Source of the DNA: Octopus sinensis
Lineage: Eukaryota
Length of the DNA stretch: 64,000 bases
Direction: 5' to 3'
Assembly: GCF_006345805.1 (NCBI RefSeq)
Contig: NC_043012.1
Location: 57,350,001-57,414,000 of the forward strand
Shown here one piece after another: positions 53,522 to 64,000 of the stretch. Every line of letters starts with the position of its first letter. Within the stretch, counting starts at the first letter, position 1. The notes under the pieces were generated by a model that was given only the letters and a program-made list of their open reading frames with translations, did not search any database and was not told where the DNA came from. A program made the position numbers and the translations under genes.

Positions 53522-54467
53522 GGAAAAAGGGAAAAGTCCAGAAAAGGAAAAGAAATCACCAACAAAACTCTGTGTGTGTGTGTGTGTATATATATACACA
53601 GACACACACACACACACACACACACATAGAGACACACATACACACACACATATATATGTACGCAATGGGCTTCTGCACAGTTTCCGTCAATCAAATTCAG
53701 TCACAAAGCATCACTCAGCCAGGGGCAATAGCAGAAAGACACTTGCCCAGGTTTTACTAATCTAGATATATTATTGCTATATGTACCACATTTACAGAAT
53801 AGTTAAGCTGTGATCCGGCATTTTGCAAGGAGTGACAGAGAAGTGTTGGTGACAGGAAGAGCATCCATCTTTAAAACACTGTCTCAGAAAAAACATCTGA
53901 TCCATGCCAGCATGGACAAGCAAACATAGAATACTGTTGCTGCTGAGGACATTGATGCCAATCTATAAAATATATATATATGTTGTTTGAAGATAAACCA
54001 GGATGGTCAAGGATGGAACAACTTCGATCAAAGCAGGTTTGATCATGAGCTAAGCAAGAACAATAGTTGTTTCTAAGACTACAGTATTAATTCTTTTAGT
54101 ATAATATATTTTTTACAAGAGTCTAAGATGTGATTTCAGGGTGATTTGGTAGCTGTTTTTAGCAAAGGGTCATGTAAAAAGCAGATAATCTCTCTAATAG
54201 CTTTGTATAGTGAAATACTTCTGTTCTGCCCATGTTAGTCTTTGATCAAGCAAATTTAAAACCAAAGGCATTCCAGCCATGACCATTTCATCTTAGATTT
54301 TCATTCAGTTTATGTCTTGGAACTGTATTATTAGGTATGGCTTTCGTTTTCTTTTCCCAAGATAGTAGGATATGATTTGAGGTCTTGAAGCGAAATGAAG
54401 TTAAAATTTGGCTGTAGAATCAAGTAAAAAAAGCAGAGATGCCGTCTTTTATAGATTGGCATAAGTG

Positions 54468-54714
54468 CTGTGGTTCTCAACCATTTTAACTAATGGACCC
54501 CTTTGATTCCTATTTTGCTCAGATGGACCCTCCTAGCCATTGAATGTTTAAAAAAATCCTATTATATTTCTATAAATAAATGTTATTAGGAACTGCATAA
54601 AAAATTAGATATATTTTACGTATTGTTGAAGTACAATCAATTTATTAGGTATAAATTTTAACAAAATCTGCGGACCCTGCCAAGGGTTATACAAACCCCA
54701 GTTGAGAACTACTG
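54468..54714. mobile_element. hAT (Charlie-like) MITE
   Basis: TIRs ctgtggttctcaac / gttgagaactactg; imperfect 8-bp TSD cataagtg / atatagtg. Confidence 0.7.
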
Positions 54715-55684
54715 ATATAGTGAAGTATTTGCTTTGTCTTGTGTTAGACCTGATTATGCAGATTTATGAGGAAAGTTGTTTCAACATTGACCATCCGTTC
54801 TTAGATTTTTATTGAATTATATTTTGGAACTATGTTGTTCACTGTGACTTTTTTTTTTCTTTTCTTGAAACAGTATGATGTGATTTGAGGTTTAGACTTA
54901 GGCTCTGAGGTGAGATGAAAGAGATTTGGTTGTTGTTTCTAGCAGGCTGAGAAATAAGGTAGAGGGATCCCTGATTGCTGTCGGTTCTAAGTAGGGTAGG
55001 TGATAGACATCTGAGTTGAGTGCATAGAAAATTACTTGCATTCCATTCCCGTCCATGGCGCGGGAAATTTAGCAGAGATATTTGTTATCTGCAGAAAGAG
55101 AGAGAGAGAGAGAGAGAGGAATGGAAGGAGGGTGGGAGGGAGAGGGAAAATATGGTCTGTTCACAGACAGTAGTCCCAACTTCCACACCACCTCATACAG
55201 ACTGTTTAACTTATGGGAATCATTAGATATAAAATAAATGCAGGCCCAATGTAACACTTTCCCAATGAACAGCTAATCAGGGAGAGAAATGTATGCAGTC
55301 AGTTGAATTGCTAGAAATAGAAAGTGATGCCCTACTGTCTTAAAGAAAGGAAAGGACGAATGTATGTTGGAGAGTGTAGTTGTAGTACAAAGTGTGGAAT
55401 GCTGTGATGGTTATAGATGTAAAGTTATTGATCATTCACAGACCTACTTTAGTATGTCTGACCTGGGGCTAAATGATCACAGCAAGACTCCATTATTAAT
55501 GAGTGCATGTGTGTGTATATATAGACATACATACATGTGTGTTTTATATATATATATATATGCATAGATATATGTATGTTTTACATACATATATACATAC
55601 ATATATATATATATATGCATAGATATATGTATGTTTTACATACATATATATATATATATTATATATATATATATACATACATAC

Positions 55685-55722
<38 letters not shown>

Positions 55723-55737
55723 AATATATATATATAT

Positions 55738-55782
<45 letters not shown>

Positions 55783-56104
55783 GATAGGTATGCACGCACG
55801 CACGCACACACACACACACAGTCATAATGTGGTGCCAAAGTTACAATACAGTCTTTATGGTAAATCTATAACTAACACTAACAGCATGCCAAACTTTGCA
55901 CTGCCATATACGTGCACATGTGTTTGCAAGTGTATGTGTGTGCATTTGTATAACAGACATGGATGTGTAGTCTGGAAGTGCAGGCATGTCTTTCTGGTGT
56001 TCTACAACAGTCTTCAGTTGACCAATATCTTGTGGGTGTATTTTAAGTCATAAACAGTACAAGCTCAGTGTGTGTATGTGTGTGTGTGTTTATATATGAT
56101 AATA

Positions 56105-56262
56105 ATCTTTTCTACTCTAGGTACAAGGTCTGAAATTTTGGGAGAGGAGGCCAGTCGATTAGATCAACCCCAGTATGCGACTGGTACTTAATTTATCAAC
56201 CCCGAAAGGGATGAAAGGCAAAGTCAACCTCTGTGGAATTTGAACTCAGAATGTAAAGACAG
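56105..56262 (-). mobile_element. SINE family B (5'-truncated)
   Basis: Core and tail match. Confidence 0.75.
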
Positions 56263-56388
56263 CTGTTTCGTAATCTTGTTGAAACAACTGTAAACAAATG
56301 GAATAAACAGCTACTCTTTCATCTCACTTCTCTTATCTATTCTATTTATATACATTCTGTCAACCGTTGTATCTCATGGATTTTCAGA

Positions 56389-56460
56389 ATGACATGGAAG
56401 CTCATTCTTATCTCAACCATAGTCATTCTTGTTAGCCATGTACTTGGTCGAGAACTTAAT
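56389..56460 (+). CDS. Probable first coding exon of a secreted or membrane protein: MTWKLILISTIVILVSHVLGRELN
   Basis: ttttcAG-a-ATG; basic N-region, hydrophobic core, VLG|R cleavage-like site; phase-0 donor GTgaga; has a dead paralog. Confidence 0.6.
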
Positions 56461-56874
56461 GTGAGATCTCTTTGATTCTTTAAATCCCTTAATTTTAACT
56501 CTGTGTGTGTGTGTGTGTGTGCGAGTCTGTGTGTCTGAATGAATGTGTATATCCTGTGCTGCTCTTAAAACATTTGTTCACATTTTCCCTGTCAGCAACT
56601 TGTCTGGTAGCTTGGAACTTTCATGTACAAGTGGAATGAATGCTGCTTTACATGAAAAGCATGTAAAGTTTAATGAAATGAAGACCGTCAATATGCATTC
56701 ATGTTACCCATGCCAGCATGGAAAAACAAATGTAAAACAAATGCACAAACACAAGTATTTGTGCATGTATGTGCTTACATTTATACCACTCAACAACCAG
56801 TATTGTTTGTGTGGTCTTGTAACTTAGCAGATTGACAAATAAAGATGGATAAAATAAATTATCAGGAATAAATA

Positions 56875-57093
56875 TATGAGGCAAGTATTGAAAGTTCCTG
56901 GCTTTAAGAGAATTGTGAAAGGCCTGACTGGAGGCCCAACCTTCTGAGTTCATTTACAAGGCTTAGAAAATCTGGAGGATCACAGCAATAAGTGTGTGAA
57001 TCTGAGAGACGAATATATTGAATAAAATCATAGCTAACTAATCTTCCTGTATTATCTTTTACCAAAGCCAGGTACTTTTCAGTAATCCTCGTA
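56875..57093 (+). mobile_element. mariner-derived MITE
   Basis: TIRs gag..tattgaaagttcctggcttt / aaagccaggtacttttcagtaatcctcgta; internal remnant resembling transposase end GLE.LEDHSNKCVNLRDEYIE*. Confidence 0.75.
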
Positions 57094-57114
57094 TGTAGTG
57101 GTGTGAATATCTCT

Positions 57115-57333
57115 TACTCTTTACTCTTTTACTTGTTTCAGTCATTTGACTGCGGCCATGCTGGAGCACCGCCTTTAGTCGAGCAAATCGACCCCAGGAC
57201 TTATTCTTTGTAAACCCAGTACTTATTCTATCGGTCTCTTTTGCCGAACCGCTAAGTGACAGGGATGTAAACACACCAGCATCAGTTGTCAAGCAATGCT
57301 CGGGGGACAAACACAGACACACAAACACACACA

Positions 57334-57388
<55 letters not shown>

Positions 57389-57570
57389 TATATATACACA
57401 CATATATACAACAGGCTTCTTTCAGTTTCCATCTACCAAATCCACTCACAAGGCATTGGTCGGCCCGGGGCTATAGCAGAAGACACTTGCCCAAGATGCG
57501 ACGCAGTGGGACTGAACCTGCGACCATGTGGTTGGTTAGCAAGCTACTTACCACACAGCCACTCCTGCAG
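57115..57570 (-). mobile_element. SINE family A, full length
   Basis: Matches the family consensus. Confidence 0.9.
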
Positions 57571-57954
57571 CCAACTAAACGCTTGAAAGTTTCGGTCTAC
57601 CAAAATACAAATCCATATCTAAATCCACTCCAAAGACTTTGGTTGGCCTGATGCTATATATAGAGCAGAAAATACTTCTCAAGATGCCACACAACTGGAT
57701 TGAAACTGAAATCATGTGAATGAGAAATGAACTTCATAAAGACACACAGCCACACCTGCACCTAAGTTAACCTCAGCAGTACTTGAGGTCACAGAGTTGA
57801 GCTGAGATTACAGAGAGTTGGAATGTATGCCTTCAGGCTTTTTATTTGAAGTGTTAATGACTTGGCTAATTCAGTGCCTCGAGTCAATTTGCTGATTTTT
57901 GCTGATCTACGCAAGCATACAAAAGGAAATGTTCAAACAATGATGAGGATGATA

Positions 57955-58119
57955 GGTGTGGCTGTATGGTAAGGAGTTTCATTCCCAACTACATGGTTCC
58001 GGGTTCAATCACACTGTGTGGCACCTTGGGCAAGTGTCTTCTACTAAAGCCTCGGGCCAACCAAAGCCTTGTGAGTAAATTTGGTTGACAGAAGCTGAAA
58101 GACTATTGTTTGTACATAC

Positions 58120-58151
<32 letters not shown>

Positions 58152-58173
58152 GAGTGTGTGAACATGCATGTAT

Positions 58174-58235
<62 letters not shown>

Positions 58236-58862
58236 ATGTGTGTGTGGGTGGATGTGAGTGTTAGTTCACCACCAAGCATCCCTGCAACTTGGTGGTTCTG
58301 CAAAAGAGGTCAAAAGAATAAGTATTAAGATTAAAAAAATAAATATTGGGGTTGATTTGTTTTACTAAACCGTTTAAGGTGTGCTCCAGCATGGACACAG
58401 TCCATGTCTGAAACAAGTAAAAGATTTTAAGATTTTATATATACATGATATATATAATATTTATATATATATATATATTATATATATATAATATATATAT
58501 ATGTATACATACATATTCTTTTATTTGTTTCAGTCATTGGACTGTAGCCATGCTGGGGCACATCCTTTAGTCGAACAAATTGACCTCAGGCCTTATTCTT
58601 TATAAGCCTAGTACTTATTCTATTAGACTCATTTGCCGAACAAGCGATGTTGTGGGGACAAACATATATACACAAACATATATAGATATATATATATACA
58701 CACACCATGGGCTTCTTTCAGTTTCCTTCTACCAAATCCACTCACAAGTCTTTGATCAGCCTGAGGCTATAGTAGAAGACACTCACCCAAGGTGCCACGC
58801 AGTGGAACTGAAACTAGAACCATGTGGTTGGGAAGCAAGCTACTAACCACACAGCCACTCCT
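57955..58862. mobile_element. Two SINE family A copies, tail-to-tail (57955-58425 +; 58517-58862 -)
   Basis: Match the family consensus; separated by (TA)n. Confidence 0.75.
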
Positions 58863-59683
58863 TATGATGATGATGATGATATATATATAGATACATACAT
58901 AGATATATGTATGTATATATATATATATATATCATCAATTAACATTCACTTTTCAATAACCCAAAGACATGCTCTCATGGAGGACACTTCTTCCATGATG
59001 TCAAGGTAAGGAGCCACATCACTCTCCTTATATTCACACATACACACGACAGGCTTCTTTCTGTTTCTGTCTACCAAATCCACTCACAAAGCTTTAATTG
59101 TCCCAGGGCTATATTAAAAGAAACTTTCTCAAGGTGCCACACAGTGTGACTGAACCTGGGAATACATGGGTAAGAAGAATACCTTTTACCAAACAACCAT
59201 GACTATATAAATATATATATAGTTCATTACCATCATTGTTTAACATCCACTTTTCCATGATGGTTGTCTAAAATTCCATTCCATGAGCCAGTAAAAATAG
59301 ACATTCTAAATTAGTTAATAAAATGGGTATATTATTTCTATAATTAATAGTAAATAATGTTATAATCTCATAACAACCAAATAGCCAATAGATTTTACAA
59401 CAGTTGAGAACCAACCCCAAAGATAATTCTTAACTACGAGTATGAAACTAATTGGCAATTTGGCTGTTATAGGACTATAATATCGTATAATATATATATA
59501 TGTATGTATGTGTATATATATATATACATGCATATAAATGCACTGACACCCACACAGAGATTTACAAGACAGAAAGAGAAATAGATTTTCAAGTATATGC
59601 AGTATATAAATACATGTGATACGAACAGCATTTTAAACGCATTATATATATACATATCTGTATGTATGTGCATGCATGGTATG

Positions 59684-59742
<59 letters not shown>

Positions 59743-59760
59743 TATATGTATGTATATATA

Positions 59761-60100
59761 CACACATGCTCATACATAAACACACTTCTGTAGATGTATA
59801 ATCAATATCATAAGGCAATGTAAAGGTGATATCGTACAGAAGAAATGATGTATGACACACCATATAATGAGGATAATAGAAAATGTCATATCAAAGCAAC
59901 TTCCAAATAGGTTAACTGTGAGCTTTTGTGTTGCAAAAATTTGTATATATATATGTATATATATATATATATATACGCTGTAATGTATACATAATATGGA
60001 GACACTTGTTTTGCATATAAAAGCATCAGGATAAATATTTGTCCATATATATGTCTACATAGATATACATACATACATATTTATATCTATCTATCTATAT

Positions 60101-60148
<48 letters not shown>

Positions 60149-60530
60149 ATATTATATATATACATATATATAATGTGTATATATATATATATATACACAC
60201 ATGCTCATACATAAACACACTTCTGTAGATGTATAATCAATATCATAAGGCAATGTAAAGGTGATATCGTACAGAAGAAATGATGTATGACACACCATAT
60301 AATGAGGATAATAGAAAATGTCATATCAAAGCAACTTCCAAATAGGTTAACTGTGAGCTTTTGTGTTGCAAAAATTTGTATATATATATGTATATATATA
60401 TATATATATATACGCTGTAATGTATACATAATATGGAGACACTTGTTTTGCATATAAAAGCATCAGGATAAATATTTGTCCATATATATGTCTACATAGA
60501 TATACATACATACATATTTATATCTATATA
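59761..60530. repeat. Near-perfect tandem duplication (~330-bp unique unit, ~435-bp period) bounded by (TA)n
   Basis: cacacatgctcatacataaacacacttctgtagatg...tatttatatctat at 59761 and 60196. Confidence 0.9.
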
Positions 60531-61403
60531 TATATATATATATATACGTACATACATAAGAGTGTGTATATAGAATATATGCGTGTGTGTGTGTGTGTGT
60601 GAGCATGAGTGTTTGTGCTTGTGTATGTCGAACACGACAAATTCCGTTTGATCTAATCTGAGGCATTGAGGCGTAATACCACAAAGTGCTCAATACATGA
60701 ATTAACAATAAATTACGATATTTAGAACTGCGACATTAGTCCCCATGATAAATATGGAGTGATGTTAAGCAACTAAGAAAAAAAAAAATTTATTGCATGG
60801 AACATACGCATGAAAATACCAATTTATAATATATATGTCCGTACATGTATGTAAATATGTCCATACACACATATAGATATATATATGTTGTTCACGTCTT
60901 TGTTCATTTTTACAGCCGTTTTTCCATAGAAGCGTTGGTTACAAGTATCATCATTAGATTCGTTTAATGTCTCCACTTTTCAATGCTTGCATGTGTCAGA
61001 CAGAATTTGCTGTGGTAAATTTTTTTCTTGTTTGTGTTTGTTTTTTACAGCTGGATGCTCTTCCTGTCTGTAACCCTCAACTGTTCCGAAGTAAGTAGAT
61101 ACTTTCCTTTTGGCTAGACATGTTTGTTTGCACAGAAGACTGGAATTGAAGGACAATAGCGGCATGTTGGTGAAACATGTTTTACACCTATTACACAATA
61201 TCAAGACAAGGTGACAAATGTACACATACATACATACATACATACATATAAATATATATAATATATATATATAATATATATATTATATATATATATATAT
61301 ATATATGTATAAATGCACACACACACACACATATTAAATTAATAATCACACATATATAGTTATTTTGAGGGAGAAAGTCAAAACAGGACTTATATATATA
61401 TAT

Positions 61404-61624
61404 TCTTTTACTCTTTTACTTGTTTCAGGCATTTGACTGTGGTCATGCTGGAGCACCGCCTTTTTTAGTCAAGCAAATCAACCCTAGGACTTATTCTTTG
61501 TAAGCCTAGTGCTTAATCTATCGGTCTCTTTTGCCGAACAGCTAAGTTACAGGGACGTAAACACACCAGCATCAGTTGTCAAGCGATGTTGGGAGGACAA
61601 ACACAGACACACAAACGTATATAT

Positions 61625-61660
<36 letters not shown>

Positions 61661-61788
61661 GATGGGCTTCTTTCAGCTTCTGTCTACCAAATCCATTCAC
61701 AAGACTTTGGTTGATCCGAGGCTATAGTAGAAACCCGGAACCAGGTGGTTCGTAAGCAAGCTACTTACCACACAGCCACTCCTACACC
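61404..61788 (-). mobile_element. SINE family A
   Basis: Matches consensus with an internal deletion in the head. Confidence 0.85.
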
Positions 61789-62330
61789 TATATTTACCAT
61801 ATACATACACATACACACACAAACACACACGATGATTGTCTCATCTCGTCAGATAACAGCCATCTCACATTCATCCCGAATGTTGTAATTTACTTTCATC
61901 TTTGAATGTGCAAGGATTATCCATCAACACATGACTTTATATCTAAAATACAAAATGGATCAAGAAATGAAATGAAAGTGAGACATTTGTTATGCAATGG
62001 ACAGAAGCTTGTACAAGACTTTTGCCACTCTCTTGGTCATCATAGTAGGTTCCAGTGACAAGCATTGCAAAAATGACTAGGACTATGTTGACTGCATGGC
62101 TTTGTCAAAATAAAGGGAGTCTCCTCTGGTTTTGGGAAATCTATTTATCCCAAAGGCAGGGCCCTGACAGGTGTTACTGTTTAGGGCCAGAACAAACCTG
62201 GGAGTCACAGTTATTAAGGAGTGACTCCATGCTCCTCAAAACTACAGAACTGCCAAGCTAGAACCTCATTACCGGATGCAGTTTAATGTGCTACCCAGAA
62301 CAACGTTTATCTGCCCTGGTTATTTATATA

Positions 62331-62525
62331 AATCTGGACAGGTTTCTATCTGAGATACCAGATGAACCTACATTGCGGCAGGAGACGCAAAGAAGAGCAG
62401 CTCCATCCAACTCGCTACTTCACCAAAAACAATATCAGAAACAACACTGAGTAACTACAGGTGGTGCACTACCATAACTTCAGCCCTGGGCTGAAACTAG
62501 TAAACGATAAAAGATAATGAAAGAT
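62331..62525 (+). mobile_element. CR1/L2-group LINE 3' fragment
   Basis: NLDRFLSEIPDEPTLRQETQRRAAPSNSLLHQ* (LD.FL..IPDEP..SNSL..Q terminus) plus hairpin tail. Confidence 0.7.
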
Positions 62526-62823
62526 ATATATGTATATATATATATATTGGCTCCTGTGCAAGTGGCATGTAAAAAAAAAACACCATTTGTGTGTGGCCGT
62601 TGCCAGTACCGCCTGACTGGCCCTCATGCCGGTGGCATGTAAAAGCACCCACTACACTCTCGGACTGGTTGGCATTAAGAAGGGCATCCAGCTGTAGAAA
62701 CTCTGCCAGATCAGATTGGAGCCTGGTGCAGCCATCTGGCTCACCAGTCCCCAGTCAAATCATCCAACCCATGCTAGCATGGAAAGTGGACGTTAAACGA
62801 TGATGATGATGATGATATATATG

Positions 62824-62862
<39 letters not shown>

Positions 62863-62876
62863 TATATATCACTAAC

Positions 62877-63089
62877 TATAAGGTAAAGCTGAAAAGTTCC
62901 TGGATTTGAGTAAAAGAAAGGATCAGTTAATAATGATTTTATTCAACATGTTCCCCTCTCAGATTCACACACTTATTGCAGCGATCCTTCAGTTTTTCAA
63001 AGCCCTGTAAAAGAATAAAAAAGGTTGGGTTTCCAACCAGGCCTTTTGTGATACCCTTAGAGCCAGGGACTTTTCAGCACTCCTTCATA
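62877..63089 (-). mobile_element. mariner-derived MITE (same family as 56875)
   Basis: gctgaaaagttcctgg / ccagggacttttcagc TIRs; internal sequence is the reverse complement of the 56875 copy. Confidence 0.75.
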
Positions 63090-63504
63090 GAACAAATATC
63101 ACACCACATTCTATTTGACACCTTAACAACTTAACTGAAACAAACCTCACCACCGCTGTCATTATAGCACTTTCTGTAGAATGAAGTGAAGAACACCATG
63201 TTTAACTTTCCCAGAAATAATTTTTGAAAATTCTGTAAAATGCAATTCAAGAATATCGTAGATTTAGATTAACCCCAACCGTGTGGGAATTAAGAATATA
63301 CAGTTCGAGTGCATGTGCACTTGAAAGACACAGGAACTGAGTTTGGCCTTTTAGCTGTGGAAAACGGTTTTATATTACAAATCTATCAGTTGTTGAGGAA
63401 TGTCATGTTTAAACCTTTTTTGTGTTGAGACATGTCAAGTTTATTGAGGCAATGTGACTTGCAGAAAATGCCAATTCTATTTTATGGTAGGTATTTAACA
63501 TCAT

Positions 63505-63704
63505 TACTCTTTACTCTTTTACTGTTTCAGTCACTTGACTGCGGCCATGCTGGAGCACCGCCTTTAATCGAGCAACTTGACCCCGGAACTTATTCTTTTG
63601 TAAGCCCAGTACTTATTCTATCGGTCTCTTTTGCCGAACCACTAAGTAACGGGGACATAAACACACCAGCATCAGTTGTCAAGCAATGTTAGGGGACAAA
63701 CACA

Positions 63705-63752
<48 letters not shown>

Positions 63753-63902
63753 TACGATGGGCCTCTTTCAGTTTCCGTCTACCAAATTCACTCACAAGGC
63801 TTTGGTCGGCCCGAGGCTATAGTAGAAGACACTTGCCCAAGGTGCCACGCAGCGGGACTGAACCCGGAACCATGTGGTTGGTAGACAAGCTACTTACCAC
63901 AC
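63505..63902 (-). mobile_element. SINE family A, full length
   Basis: Matches the family consensus. Confidence 0.9.
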
Positions 63903-64000
63903 AAGCCCTGATATTTAGCAACTGACTCGGTAGACATCCAGAATATTATCTACCATCTTTCCAACAACAAAATTCGGATATCTTTTAGAATTCCTTATGT

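Noticed and set aside
56258-56292. Tiny inverted pair of GAAACAGCTGT-like half-hammerheads
   Set aside because: Only 11-bp arms, no CUGANGA, and it overlaps a SINE end

Overview
AT-rich, microsatellite-dense animal genomic DNA. The SINE families and compound (TA)n/(CA)n/(AAT)n/(GAT)n tracts suggest an octopus (inference). Nearly all ORF-track entries are microsatellite translations. The main feature is a ~7.2-kb Penelope-like retroelement (PLE; 31866-39040) resembling the Naiad clade. It has a 5'-truncated RT plus C-terminal GIY-YIG ORF on the minus strand, broken by frameshifts. It is bracketed by ~2.56-kb inverted pseudo-LTR arms with 3' ends outward, each carrying a type I hammerhead ribozyme with a long (~87 nt) stem II. 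The same tail-out fold-back next to (TA)n recurs at smaller scale (21025-21457 with two intact hammerheads; 43140, 45451, 59360), and about ten hammerhead motifs occur across the window. Other content: four SINE/tail families, Tc1/mariner deletion derivatives, hAT and piggyBac-like MITEs, Dong/R4 and CR1-like LINE 3' ends, and local tandem duplications. Host coding evidence is sparse: a probable signal-peptide exon (56389-56460, +) with a dead paralogous copy at 50167-50239, and a candidate exon at 17513-17593 (-). Repeat boundaries were read by eye and are approximate.
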